Part shown: positions 1-9,484 of the stretch, one piece after another
Numbering within the stretch: position 1 is the first letter of the stretch
Layout of the letters: each line of letters starts with the position of its first letter
Source: Dehalococcoidia bacterium
Lineage (GTDB): Bacteria; Chloroflexota; Dehalococcoidia; DSTF01; RBG-16-68-14
Reading direction: 5' to 3'
Assembly (NCBI GenBank): GCA_040882355.1
Contig: JBBEBM010000029.1
Span: 1-64,000, forward strand
DNA: 64,000 nucleotides
Made by a program: the position numbers and the translations under genes
Notes under the pieces: generated by a model
What the model was told of the DNA's origin: nothing
The model's input: the letters and a program-made list of their open reading frames with translations, nothing else
Database searches by the model: none

Positions 1-129
1 GGGGTGCAGGGGGCAGCGCCCCATGCCGGGGGGTCTGGGGGGTGTCCCCCCAGATTCACCAATACTCCCCTGGGCGGGCGGGTGGGAACGAATGACAGTG
101 GTTCTTGGGCTTTTTCAGCACCCTGCTAG
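1..129. mobile_element. MITE-like element, left end cut by window edge; right end TTTTTCAGCACCCTG followed by CTAG
   Basis: Nearly identical (one substitution seen) to the complete copy at 38193-38333. Confidence 0.8.
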
Positions 130-230
130 GGCCTGTCCTGAACGAAGCCGAAGGAGTGTCCCCCAGAATCTATTTCCTTTCTGGGCGGGTGGGTGGGAAA
201 GACAATCATCCCTTCTTCGGTGCCCTGGTA
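130..230. repeat. Right-hand part of a second, diverged MITE-family copy carrying a CCTGTCCTGAxCGAAGCCGAAGGA module
   Basis: Matches the right half of the 6865-7028 copy (GGCCTGTCCTG..GAAGCCGAAGGAGTGTCCCCCAGA...CTGGGCGGGTGGGTGGGAA). Confidence 0.65.
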
Positions 231-275
231 GATGCGGGTGAATTCGGAGGTTGCTCCCCGTACAATGACCATGCC

Positions 276-911
276 ATGCCCTCCGCAATCCGCGGCCTCT
301 ACGTCATCGTCGATCCTGACGCCTGCGCCGGGAGCGACCCGGTCGAAGTAGCGCGCCTCGCGTTGGAGGGCGGCGCATCGATGCTCCAGTGGCGCGACAA
401 GCGGCGCGAGAAGGGCGACCAGCTCGCGCAGGCGCGCGCGCTCCGCGAGCTGTGCTCGCGGCACGGAGCGCTCTTCCTCGTGAACGACCACGTCGACCTG
501 GCGCTAGTCGTCGGCGCCGACGGCGTCCACCTCGGCCAGCGCGACCTGCCGGTCGAGGCGGTGCGTCCGCTCGTTTCGTCTGACTTCGTCATCGGCGTCT
601 CGACGAACAACGTCGGCGAGGCGCGACGCGCGCAGGCGAACGGCGCGTCGTACATCGCTGTCGGCGCGATCTTCCCGACGGCGTCGAAGGAGCCGGAGCG
701 CACCCGCGCGGCCAGTCCGCAGCGCCTCCGCGAGGTCAAGGCGGCGGTCGACCTTCCCGGCGTCGCTATCGGCGGCATCAACGCCGCGAACATCGATGAA
801 GTGCTCGCCGCGGGCGCCGACGCCGTCGCCGTCATCAGCGCCGTCTGCGCCGCCCCCGACCCCCGCGCGGCAGCGCAGACGTTGGCGCGGCGATTCGAAG
901 AGTACTTGTAG
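276..911 (+). CDS. thiE: Thiamine-phosphate synthase
   Basis: LYVI, LQWRDK, VNDHVDLA, ADGVHLGQRDL, AIGGI motifs. Start moved to ATG 276; the longer ORF runs through the repeat. Confidence 0.9.
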   Translation: MPSAIRGLYVIVDPDACAGSDPVEVARLALEGGASMLQWRDKRREKGDQLAQARALRELCSRHGALFLVNDHVDLALVVGADGVHLGQRDLPVEAVRPLVSSDFVIGVSTNNVGEARRAQANGASYIAVGAIFPTASKEPERTRAASPQRLREVKAAVDLPGVAIGGINAANIDEVLAAGADAVAVISAVCAAPDPRAAAQTLARRFEEYL

Positions 912-962
912 GGACAGAGCTTTCCCGCCGCAGGCGGGTCCGCCTCTGGCGGAAGCTCTGTC

Positions 963-2348
963 CTAATGCGGCGGCCCTCCGAACCGGCCCGGGTCGAACG
1001 GAGCGAGCGCATCGCTCGGGCGCCCTTCGATGATCGCGCGCGCGATCAGCTCGCCTGTGAACGGCGCCAAGAGGATGCCGTTGCGGAAGTGACCGGTCGC
1101 GAGCGTGACGTTCTCCCAGCCGGGCAGCGGCCCCAGCATCGGCAGGCCGTCCGGTGAGCCGGGACGCAGCCCCGCCCACGAGAAGTGCTCGCGCGCGTGG
1201 CGGAGCTGGGGCACCAGCTCGAACGCCGCGCTTCGCACACCCGCCAGGCCGCGAGCCGTCGTTCGAATGCGAAAGCCCACCTCCTCCACCGTCGCGCCGG
1301 CGAACACGAGGCCGTTCGCGCGCGGCAGCACGTAGCCGCGCGGGCCCCAGACCGGCTGGTGGATCGGGGTCATCATCCGCCCAAGCGCCAGCATCTGGCC
1401 GCGCACGGGATACGTCGGCACCTCGACGCCCAGCCTGCGGGCGATCGGCCGCGTCCACGCCCCGGCCGCGAGCACCAGATGATCGCAGGCGAGCTCACCC
1501 TTCGGCGTGCGGACCGCGGTCACCCGCCCGGCGCTCCGGCGAAAGCCGAGCACCGGCGCGAACTCGACGAAGCGCGCGCCCCGCTTGCGCGCCGCCCGAG
1601 ACAGCGCGAGCGTGAAGAGCTGGTTGCTCACCTGGCCCTCCTCCGGGCAGAGCACGCCGCCGATGAGCTTGTCGCTCAGACGCGGTTCGGCCTCGCGGAG
1701 CTGCGCCGCGTCCAGCTCGATCAGCTCGACGCCCAGCTCGTTGCGATACCGCAGCCCGCCGCGCAGCTCGGCCAGCTCGTCCTCCGCGAAGGCGACGCGC
1801 AGCACGCCGTTCAGCGCGAACTCGACGTCGATGTCCGGCGCCTCCTCGCGCAGGCGCTCAACCCACGTCGGGTACAGGCGCAGGCTCTCGAGGCCCGCCC
1901 GCACGAGCGCGCCCGGCCGGCGGAACTCGGCGAGCGGCGCGAGGATGCCCGCCGCGGCGTTCGTCGCCGCCATGCCCAGCCGCCGGCTGTCGAGCACGAC
2001 GCACGAGACGCCCCGCCGTGACAGCTCGTACGCGATCGCGCAGCCGATGATCCCCGCCCCGACGACCACCACGTCCCCGCCCGGCGCGGAGACGCCCCTG
2101 CGTCGTCTTGACCCTTGACCCTCGACCCTTGACCCTCGCCCGACCGCTCCCCCGCCGACCATGCGCACGACCTCCACTTCGTCGCCTGCGCGCAAGACGA
2201 TGTCGCGGTACTGCTTCTTCGGGACGACCTCGCCGTTCACGGCGACGGCGATCGCGCGCTGATCGACGCCCAGCGATCGCAGGAAGTCGGGCAGGGGCGT
2301 TTCGCCCTCCAGCTCGCGCGGCTTGCCGTTGACGGTGAGCGCAATCAT
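963..2348 (-). CDS. thiO: In-frame fusion of sulfur carrier ThiS (N-terminal ~68 aa) and glycine oxidase ThiO
   Basis: N-terminus TVNG...AVAVNGEVV...GDEVEVVRMVGGG, then VVGAGIIG FAD motif, AATNAAAGIL, WAGLRPG, GHFRNGILLAP. Confidence 0.85.
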   Translation of the reverse strand: MIALTVNGKPRELEGETPLPDFLRSLGVDQRAIAVAVNGEVVPKKQYRDIVLRAGDEVEVVRMVGGGAVGRGSRVEGQGSRRRRGVSAPGGDVVVVGAGIIGCAIAYELSRRGVSCVVLDSRRLGMAATNAAAGILAPLAEFRRPGALVRAGLESLRLYPTWVERLREEAPDIDVEFALNGVLRVAFAEDELAELRGGLRYRNELGVELIELDAAQLREAEPRLSDKLIGGVLCPEEGQVSNQLFTLALSRAARKRGARFVEFAPVLGFRRSAGRVTAVRTPKGELACDHLVLAAGAWTRPIARRLGVEVPTYPVRGQMLALGRMMTPIHQPVWGPRGYVLPRANGLVFAGATVEEVGFRIRTTARGLAGVRSAAFELVPQLRHAREHFSWAGLRPGSPDGLPMLGPLPGWENVTLATGHFRNGILLAPFTGELIARAIIEGRPSDALAPFDPGRFGGPPH

Positions 2349-2992
2349 CTCGTTCGTGCCGGCCCGTACGCGGTGTCGAGCGCGGCGCGCAGGCGTTCGG
2401 CCGCGGCCCTTGGGTCGTCCGCATCCATGATCGCACCGATGACGGCGACGCCGTCGGCGCCCGCCTCGATAACGGGCCCGAGGTTATCCGCCGTGATGCC
2501 GCCGACGGCGATCAAGGGCGCCTGCACCGCCTCGGCGACGGCGCGCACGAAGCCGTTGCCCGCCGCCGGAGCGCCTCGCTTCGATACCGTCTCGTACACG
2601 TTGCCGAACAGCACGTAGTCCGCGCCCTCGTCGACCGCGCGTACCGCCGCGTCGATGCTGTGCACCGAGCGCCCGACGATACACGCCTCACCCGCGAGCG
2701 AGCGCGCCTTGGCCGGCGGGATGCTGTGCTCGGGTAGATGGACGCCGTCCGTACCCGCCGCGACGGCGACGTCGAGCCGGTCGTTGACCAGCAGCAGCGC
2801 CCGGCCGCGCAGCACGGCGTGCACGGTGACGGCGAGGTCGTACAGCTCGCCGCCGGGGAGGTCTTTCTCGCGCAGTTGCACGACGTTCACGCCGCCCTCT
2901 ACGGCGAGCGACGCCACCTCCTCCAGCGGGCGCCCGCGCAGGCGATGGCGGTCCGTGATGAGCATCAGGCAGGGCGCCGGCCAGCGCCTCAT
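2345..2992 (-). CDS. Second ThiE/TenI-family protein (thiamine-phosphate synthase or thiazole tautomerase-like)
   Basis: LMLITD, VQLREKDL, VNDRLDVA, GVHLP, GRSVHS, AVGGI motifs. Start could be GTG 3010. Confidence 0.8.
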   Translation of the reverse strand: MRRWPAPCLMLITDRHRLRGRPLEEVASLAVEGGVNVVQLREKDLPGGELYDLAVTVHAVLRGRALLLVNDRLDVAVAAGTDGVHLPEHSIPPAKARSLAGEACIVGRSVHSIDAAVRAVDEGADYVLFGNVYETVSKRGAPAAGNGFVRAVAEAVQAPLIAVGGITADNLGPVIEAGADGVAVIGAIMDADDPRAAAERLRAALDTAYGPARTR

Positions 2993-3014
2993 CCGGTCGG
3001 GCGGGGACACGGCG

Positions 3015-3815
3015 CTACGAGACCGGCTGGCGTCCGCCTCTGGCGGAGGCGACGCCTTCGGTCGGGCTGGTGGCCGAGGCGAACGCCTTCCTCGCGATGC
3101 GCCCCGCAAGGTAAGCCTTCCGGCCAGCCTCCACGCCCTGCCGCATCGCTTCCGCCATCAGCGCCGGGTCCTGCGCCAGCGCGACGGCGCTGTTGATCAG
3201 CACGGCGTCTGCGCCGATCTCCATCGCGAGCGCGGCGTCGGAGGGCGCGCCGAGCCCCGCGTCGACGACGACGGGCAGGTGCGCCTCTTCGATGATGATC
3301 TTGATCTCGTCGATGGTGAGGATGCCCTGCCCGGAGCCGATCGCCGAGCCGAGCGGCATCACCGTCGCGCAGCCCACCTCCTCCAGCCGCCGTGCCAGCA
3401 CCGGGTCCGCGTGGATGTACGGCAGCACGACGAACCCCTCGTCGATCAGGATGCGCGCCGCTTCCAGCGTGCCGATCGGGTCGGGCAGAAGGTACTTCGC
3501 GTCCGGGATCACCTCCAGCTTCACCCACTCTGAGCCGGTTAGCTCGCGCCCGAGGCGGGCCGTGAAGATCGCCTCCTCCGCGGTCTTGCAGCCGGCGGTG
3601 TTCGGCAGGACCGCGCGGCGCGACCAGTCGATGTAGTCCAGCTCCGTCTGCTTGTCCGGGTCGTCGAGGTCGAGCCGCCGGATCGCGACGGTCACCATCT
3701 CCGTGCCCGACGCCTCGATCGCGGCGTTGCACAGCTCCGGGCTCGCGTACTTGCCCGTCCCCAGGATCAGCCGCGAACCGAACCGCTTGCCGGCGATAAT
3801 CAGGTCATCTTCCAT
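3015..3815 (-). CDS. thiG: Thiazole synthase
   Basis: [43 protein letters not shown] motifs. Confidence 0.95.
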   Translation of the reverse strand: MEDDLIIAGKRFGSRLILGTGKYASPELCNAAIEASGTEMVTVAIRRLDLDDPDKQTELDYIDWSRRAVLPNTAGCKTAEEAIFTARLGRELTGSEWVKLEVIPDAKYLLPDPIGTLEAARILIDEGFVVLPYIHADPVLARRLEEVGCATVMPLGSAIGSGQGILTIDEIKIIIEEAHLPVVVDAGLGAPSDAALAMEIGADAVLINSAVALAQDPALMAEAMRQGVEAGRKAYLAGRIARKAFASATSPTEGVASARGGRQPVS

Positions 3816-3818
3816 CGC

Positions 3819-4064
3819 TCACCTCTCGTGGCCCTCCTGTGAGGTCGTCACGCGCGCCAGCCGCGGCGCAAGCATCGCAAGCCCGACGCAGATCGCCGCA
3901 GCGATCCCCGCCACCGCTGCGACGACAGCCTCGCTCATCAGCGCCGCGATGACGGCCAGCGCGCCGAACGCAAGCGCCATCGCCGCGTACTGCAGCCTCG
4001 CGCGCCCAACCGAGCGCCAGCTCTCCGTCCACCACGACCACAGCCGTCCGAATGCGATCAGCAT
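3819..4064 (-). CDS. Small two-TM membrane protein, unknown function
   Basis: Hydrophobic 81-aa ORF filling the operon gap between the permease and thiG. Confidence 0.55.
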   Translation of the reverse strand: MLIAFGRLWSWWTESWRSVGRARLQYAAMALAFGALAVIAALMSEAVVAAVAGIAAAICVGLAMLAPRLARVTTSQEGHER

Positions 4065-4081
4065 CTCTTCTCAATCATAGC

Positions 4082-5503
4082 TCAGGCGCCATCCGCCCCC
4101 GCCGGCGCGACGGCGGCCGTCGCCTTCTCGCCGCGCAAGCCGAGCCAGAGCTGGAAGCCCGCCCAGTAGGCAACGAGGCTGAAGACGAACGCCGGTAGCG
4201 TGCCCCCGACCTGCGTCATCCACGTCGGCGCCCACGAGACGAAGTCCGCGTGCTCGATCAACCACGGCGGCTGGGCGGCGTGGGCGTAAACGAGGAAGCC
4301 GAGCACCCATACGATGAGTCCGACGGGGTTGAGCCCGCCCGCGTACCAGTAACTGCCGTGCGCGCGATACAGGTCATCGACCTCATAGCGGCGGCGGCGG
4401 ACGAGGAAGTAGTCGGCGATCAGCACGCCGAACACCGGCACGAACACGCCACCGATCAGGAACAGAAACGTCTCGTACGCGACCAGGTCGAGGCTGATCG
4501 CGACGACGATCGCCAGCACGCCCACGATGACGGCGAGGACCGCGTGCGTCAGTCGCGGCGCCAGGTTCTGGACCGAGACCGCCGTCGAGTAGATGTTGGC
4601 GAACGCCTCGTCCGTCTCGCCGAAGAGGAGCACGATCAGCGCCAGCCAGCCCGCGGTGAGCGGTAGCATCATCTTCACCAGCGCGTCGACGAAGCCGCCC
4701 GGGTCGGTCTGCAGCGCCTGCACGTAGAGCATGCCGAGCGTGAAGAACCAGATGTTCGCGATCGCGTAGCCGGCGTACGTGCCTATCGCGCCGGAGACCG
4801 AGTGCCGCGAAAAGCGGCTGTAGTCGCCCACGAGCGGCAGCCACGAGATCGGCAGCGCTACGACCAGGTCGACGCCCTGCCAGAAGTTCGGGAAGCCGCC
4901 TTCGCCCTCGCGACGCCAGATCGCGCCCATATCGTAGGCGTCGAAGAGGTAGTAGGTGAGCCAGGCGGCCGCCGCGACGATCACCCAGACGCCGAACTTC
5001 TGCATCCACTGCCGGACGACGACGATCGGCCCGCCGACCGCCATCGCCATGCCGACGAGCCCGAAGAAGACGAGCCAGAGGTAGTAGCCGTCGAAGCCGA
5101 GGTAGTGGTCGCTCAACGCACGCGCCGCCTGCGCCATGATGATGATCTCCAGCGCGGCCCAGCCGACGAGCTGCAGGATGTTCAGCCCGGACGCCGCGTA
5201 GGAACCGCGCAGGCCCAGCACCGGCCGCAGCGAGACCATCGTCGGGACGCCCGTGTCGCTGCCCGCCATGCCGACGAGCGAGAGCAGCACGGTGCCCAGG
5301 AGCGTGCCGACGACGATCGCCAGCAGCGCCTCCTTCGTGCCCAGGCCTGGCACGAGCAACGCGCCTGCGACCATCACCAGCAGGCTCACCGCGAGGTCGC
5401 CCCACAACACGCCTAAGTCGAACGGGCGCAGGTGGCGTCGGTCCTGCGGCACCGGCTGGATGCCCCAGTCCTCGGGCAGGCGCACGGTAAGCTGGCGACT
5501 CAT
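4082..5503 (-). CDS. NCS1/cytosine-permease family transporter, probable hydroxymethylpyrimidine (CytX-like) importer
   Basis: About 12 TM segments, WGIQPVP and SWLPLVGDYSRF motifs, in a TPP-controlled operon. ATG 5503 overlaps the upstream stop. Confidence 0.8.
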   Translation of the reverse strand: MSRQLTVRLPEDWGIQPVPQDRRHLRPFDLGVLWGDLAVSLLVMVAGALLVPGLGTKEALLAIVVGTLLGTVLLSLVGMAGSDTGVPTMVSLRPVLGLRGSYAASGLNILQLVGWAALEIIIMAQAARALSDHYLGFDGYYLWLVFFGLVGMAMAVGGPIVVVRQWMQKFGVWVIVAAAAWLTYYLFDAYDMGAIWRREGEGGFPNFWQGVDLVVALPISWLPLVGDYSRFSRHSVSGAIGTYAGYAIANIWFFTLGMLYVQALQTDPGGFVDALVKMMLPLTAGWLALIVLLFGETDEAFANIYSTAVSVQNLAPRLTHAVLAVIVGVLAIVVAISLDLVAYETFLFLIGGVFVPVFGVLIADYFLVRRRRYEVDDLYRAHGSYWYAGGLNPVGLIVWVLGFLVYAHAAQPPWLIEHADFVSWAPTWMTQVGGTLPAFVFSLVAYWAGFQLWLGLRGEKATAAVAPAGADGA

Positions 5504-5760
5504 TCGATTCCTCCTGCCTGTACCTGGTGCGTTCCCGCGAGCCCTGCTCGGAGCCGCCTCATCCACCAGCGTCGCGCGGCGACCACCGACCAGACGGCCT
5601 CGATGGCGGCGAATGGCCACGCCTGAATGAGCAGTCCGTACAGCGACGCGGCGGCGCATGCCCCCGCAAAGCCGAGAACGAACCAGGTCGACCGCTCCTC
5701 CATCGCGTACATCGCGAGCATCGCGCCCACGGCCACTATCCCGAAAATCAGCAGCCCCAC
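5500..5760 (-). CDS. Small membrane protein (~86 aa)
   Basis: Hydrophobic ORF (YAMEERS.WFVLGFA...QAWPFAAIEAVWS) starting at GTG just after the thiD stop and coupled to the next gene. Confidence 0.6.
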   Translation of the reverse strand: MGLLIFGIVAVGAMLAMYAMEERSTWFVLGFAGACAAASLYGLLIQAWPFAAIEAVWSVVAARRWWMRRLRAGLAGTHQVQAGGIE

Positions 5761-5762
5761 GG

Positions 5763-6602
5763 CTAATCCTCGCGGTCCTGATCTTGGTCGCTTCGTGGTC
5801 CTCCCTCGCGCGACCTGGGCTGCCAGTAACGATAGAAGTGGTGCACCGGCCCGTGCCCGTGCCCGATCGGGTACGCCGATTGCAACGCCTTGGTCACGTA
5901 CGCCTTCCCTAGTGCGACGGCCCCCCGCAGGTCGCTGCCCTTGGCCAGCGCCGCCGCGATCGCCGATGCGAACGTGCAGCCGGTGCCGTGCGTGCTCGTG
6001 GTCTCGACGCGGGCGGCCGTGAACTCGCGGAACTCGTGGCCGTCGTAGAAGATGTCCGTCGCCGGCCCCTCTCGATGCCCGCCCTTGATCACCACCGCCT
6101 GCGCGCCCATCGCCACGAGCTCCTGCGCGCCCGCGCGCACGTCGTCCCACGAAACGAGCGCGCGGCCTAGCAGCACCTCCGCCTCGGGCAGGTTGGGCGT
6201 GAGGATCGTCGTGAGCGGGAGGAGCTGCGTGCGCAGCGCCTCGACGGCGTCCTCCCGCAGCAGCCGGTCGCCGCTCTTCGCCACCATCACCGGATCGACG
6301 ACGAGCGGGCGCAGCTCGTGCTCGCGCACCTTCGCAGCGACGGCCTCGATGATCGCGGCGCTGCTCAGCATGCCTGTCTTCACCGCGTCTGCGCCGATGT
6401 CGCTCACGACGGCATCGATCTGCGCGGCGACGAGGTCGGGCGGCAGCTCGAAGACGGCGGTGACGCGCTGGGTGTTCTGGGCCGTGATCGCGGTGATCGC
6501 CGACGTGCCGTAGACGCCCATGGCGGAGAACGTCTTCAGGTCCGCCTGGATGCCGGCGCCCCCGCCCGAGTCCGACCCCGCGATCGTCAGCGCGACGGGC
6601 AC
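5763..6602 (-). CDS. thiD: HMP/HMP-P kinase
   Basis: [37 protein letters not shown] motifs. Start GTG 6602 is inferred because the longer ORF overlaps the riboswitch. Confidence 0.92.
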   Translation of the reverse strand: MPVALTIAGSDSGGGAGIQADLKTFSAMGVYGTSAITAITAQNTQRVTAVFELPPDLVAAQIDAVVSDIGADAVKTGMLSSAAIIEAVAAKVREHELRPLVVDPVMVAKSGDRLLREDAVEALRTQLLPLTTILTPNLPEAEVLLGRALVSWDDVRAGAQELVAMGAQAVVIKGGHREGPATDIFYDGHEFREFTAARVETTSTHGTGCTFASAIAAALAKGSDLRGAVALGKAYVTKALQSAYPIGHGHGPVHHFYRYWQPRSREGGPRSDQDQDRED

Positions 6603-6671
6603 GCTGCGGCTCGGCCCGTCGGCTCCTGAAAGCGGGAACGCCGCCGGGCTGCCGGCGGCGTCGAACTCATT

Positions 6672-6770
6672 CGATCCCTTCGCTGGCATTACCCAGATCA
6701 GGTCTAGCGGTCGCCTCGGTGGACCGAGGCCTCTCAGCCGGGCCGTTTTCCCAGCTCCCGCGTTGCTGAT
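6672..6770 (-). ncRNA. TPP riboswitch
   Basis: Minus strand reads GGGAGC...GGCTGAGAGG...GACC...ACCTGATCTGGGTAATGCCAGCGAAGGGA, directly upstream of thiD. Confidence 0.95.
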
Positions 6771-6779
6771 TGTGCTGCC

Positions 6780-6808
6780 ACTGTACGAACCGCAGGGGGT
6801 GATGTCAA
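6780..6808 (-). promoter_or_regulatory. Sigma70-type promoter of the thi operon
   Basis: TTGACA-17 bp-TACAGT on the minus strand just upstream of the riboswitch. Confidence 0.75.
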
Positions 6809-6864
6809 GATCCATCAGGGCTCGACCAACAGCCAGCTCGGCAGCCCTGGGTCCTGGGTTCGGG

Positions 6865-7028
6865 CAGGCTGCCGAAAAACGGGGGTGCAGGGGGCAGCGC
6901 CCCATGCCGGGGGGTCTGGGGGCCTGTCCTGAGCGAAGCCGAAGGAGTGTCCCCCAGATACACCTAAACATCACTGGGCGGGTGGGTGGGAACGAATGAC
7001 ATTGGTCCTTTGGCCTTTCGGCACCCTG
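6865..7028. mobile_element. MITE-family copy with an inserted REP-like module
   Basis: Ends CAGGCTGCCGAAAAA and CTTTCGGCACCCTG, same internal sequence as the 38193 copy, plus CCTGTCCTGAGCGAAGCCGAAGGA in the central hairpin. Confidence 0.75.
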
Positions 7029-7118
7029 CTCGGTTCTAGGTTCTGGAGGGAGCGGGACGGGGAGGCTCGGGCTGGACGCTCACAGGGTCGCGTCGCATAC
7101 TGCGGGCGGAGAGCGCGC

Positions 7119-8093
7119 ATGATCACCACACACTTCCGGGCGGCCGACGGTACCATCAGCACCGGCCTCGGCGACGACGCCCTTCGCGAGGCGCTCGCTG
7201 CGCCCGACGGCCTGCTCTGGGTCGACCTGGAGTCGGCCAGCCGCGACGACGGCGCCCTGCTGGGCGAGCTGTTTCGCTTCCACCACCTGGCGATCGACGA
7301 CTGCTTCAACGAACATATCGACCCGGCGAAGATCGACGACTACGGCGACTACATCTTCGTCATCGCCCAGGCGGTCATCTATCAGGAGGCGACTGGACAG
7401 TTGGAGACCACCGAGCTCGACCTGTTCCTCGGCCCGAACTACGTCGTCAGCTTCCACGCGCAGCCGCTTCCGTTCGTCTCGGACGTGCGCCGTCGCTGCG
7501 ATGGCAACGGGCTGGAGCTGGCGCGCGGCGCCGATTTCCTGGCCCACGCCCTGCTCGATGCGCTGGTGGACGATTACCAGCCGGCGGTGGAGCAACTTGA
7601 TGACACGCTTACGCGAGTCGAGGAGTTGGTGCTCGCGCGGCCCCAGCCGGCCGTGCTCCAGGAGGTCCTGGCCCTCAAGCGCAATGTGCAGCGCCTGCGG
7701 CGCACGATCATCCCGCAGCGGGACGTCGTCAACCGCTTCGCGCGCGGCGAGTTCCCCCGCCTCGTGCGCCCGGAGACCTTCATCTACTACCGGGACATCT
7801 ACGACCACGTCGTACGGGTCGAGCAGCTCGTGGAGTCCGTGAGGGACCTCGCGGATGGCGTGCTCAACACCTATCTGAGCGCCGTCAACAACCGCCTCAA
7901 CGAGGCGATGCGTACGCTCTCAGTCGTGGCGACGGTGATCCTGCCGCTCACGTTCATCGCCAGCATCTACGGCATGAACTTCGACCACATGCCGGAGCTT
8001 GAGTGGCGCTACGGCTACTTTGTTATCCTGGGAGCGATGGTCGTCGTCGCGCTGGGGATGGTGGCGTTCTTCAAAGTCCGGCGCTGGTTCTGA
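7119..8093 (+). CDS. corA: Magnesium/cobalt transporter CorA
   Basis: LLWVDL, FHHLAIDD and the YGMNF signature followed by MPELEW. Confidence 0.93.
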   Translation: MITTHFRAADGTISTGLGDDALREALAAPDGLLWVDLESASRDDGALLGELFRFHHLAIDDCFNEHIDPAKIDDYGDYIFVIAQAVIYQEATGQLETTELDLFLGPNYVVSFHAQPLPFVSDVRRRCDGNGLELARGADFLAHALLDALVDDYQPAVEQLDDTLTRVEELVLARPQPAVLQEVLALKRNVQRLRRTIIPQRDVVNRFARGEFPRLVRPETFIYYRDIYDHVVRVEQLVESVRDLADGVLNTYLSAVNNRLNEAMRTLSVVATVILPLTFIASIYGMNFDHMPELEWRYGYFVILGAMVVVALGMVAFFKVRRWF

Positions 8094-8126
8094 ATACGGG
8101 GGAGGCTCCAGGGAGGCGCTCTACAC

Positions 8127-8618
8127 ATGAACTTGGGACGCTGGGCTGCTCTTGCACTCGCCGTGATGCTCGCGCCGCTGCTCATCGCCTGCGATGGCGG
8201 CGGCGACGATTCCGCGGACGAGGCGGCGACGGCCACTGACAGTGGTACGCCGGGCGTGACGGCGACGGCCTCGGACGCCACGGCCCCGCCGGCCACAACG
8301 CGGGCGCCCGTTACGCCTTCCGCCACCGACGCGGCCATCCCAACCGGCGCCGATGACGCGGTGCGGGCGGCGAAGCAAGACATCGTGACCAACATCTTCG
8401 AAGACCGCACTGTGGAGGAGATCGCGCTCATCTCGATCGAGGCGGCGAGCTGGCCCGACGCGTGCCTCGGCGTGCCGGAGGAAGGCGAAGCGTGCGCGCA
8501 GGTGGTCACGCCAGGTTACGAGATCGTCCTCGACCTGGAGGGCGCCCACTACACGTACCACACCGACCAGGCCACCAACGTCCGCCTCGCCAACTTCGAC
8601 CTCGACCCCTCGTCGTAG
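8127..8618 (+). CDS. Lipoprotein of unknown function
   Basis: Signal peptide with lipobox LIAC, Thr/Ala/Pro linker, and a WPDACLG...CAQVVTPGY...YTYHT domain. Confidence 0.75.
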   Translation: MNLGRWAALALAVMLAPLLIACDGGGDDSADEAATATDSGTPGVTATASDATAPPATTRAPVTPSATDAAIPTGADDAVRAAKQDIVTNIFEDRTVEEIALISIEAASWPDACLGVPEEGEACAQVVTPGYEIVLDLEGAHYTYHTDQATNVRLANFDLDPSS

Positions 8619-8702
8619 GGGTCCTACCATGCTGCGGTACTCCGCCTTCATGTTCGGCGGGAACACCACCGCCCCCACGCAGGCCTTCGGCGCGAGGCGC
8701 GT

Positions 8703-9467
8703 TCAGCGCGCACGCTTGACGGCTCGTATGAAGAGAAAGAAGGGCAGGCGCCGCCAGCCTTCCAGGCTGGGACGTTGCTTCACCTGTTCCGGGCTCGGGA
8801 CGGGTTCGCGGACTCGCTCGATCAGGAAGCCCGCCTCTTCCAGGGCGCGGACGTAGTCCTCCAACGTGTAGGTCCAGCCGTGGAACGTCATCTCCAGGCC
8901 GTCCTTCGTCACCGTCTCGTTGACGCGCTGACGCTCATAGTAAGACCCTGAGATCACCAACTCGCCCTCCCCCGACGGCCCCTTGCGCATTCGGCCCACG
9001 TCGGTCATCGGATGGGCGACGCAGAGGCAGAAGTGCCCCGATGGCTTGACGACCCGGCCCGCCTCGCGAACGGCTCGTGCCATGTCGTCCATCGCGTGCA
9101 TCGTCTGCAGCGAGTTGTACGCAACGACGGTCTGGAACGTCGCCCCTGCGAACGGCACCGCCGTCGCGTCGGCGACCACGTATGCCGACCGCGCATCGGC
9201 CGCGCGGGCGTGGCCCACCAGCGTGGATGACGAATCGAGCGCGACGACGTCGTGCGCCCGGGCGGTCAACTCCCGTGCTACCCGGCCCTCGCCGCATCCG
9301 ATCTCAAGGGTGAGGCCGTTCGCAACGGGAACGATCTCCTCAAAGAAGGACGGCGCGTAGTAGCGGAAGACATCGTGGTCCGGCGTGCGCGCCCACGTGA
9401 TCCAGTTGTCGGCTTCTTCTTCCCACGGTCTCTCTGTCGACCTAGACGCATCGTCGACGTTACTCAT
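8703..9467 (-). CDS. Class I SAM-dependent methyltransferase
   Basis: LEIGCGEGR motif I and ADATAVPF. Confidence 0.85.
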   Translation of the reverse strand: MSNVDDASRSTERPWEEEADNWITWARTPDHDVFRYYAPSFFEEIVPVANGLTLEIGCGEGRVARELTARAHDVVALDSSSTLVGHARAADARSAYVVADATAVPFAGATFQTVVAYNSLQTMHAMDDMARAVREAGRVVKPSGHFCLCVAHPMTDVGRMRKGPSGEGELVISGSYYERQRVNETVTKDGLEMTFHGWTYTLEDYVRALEEAGFLIERVREPVPSPEQVKQRPSLEGWRRLPFFLFIRAVKRAR

Positions 9468-9484
9468 GAGACGACGCAGACGCT

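Noticed and set aside
6603..6974. Long N-terminal extension of ThiD
   Set aside because: It runs through the TPP riboswitch, the promoter and a MITE copy.
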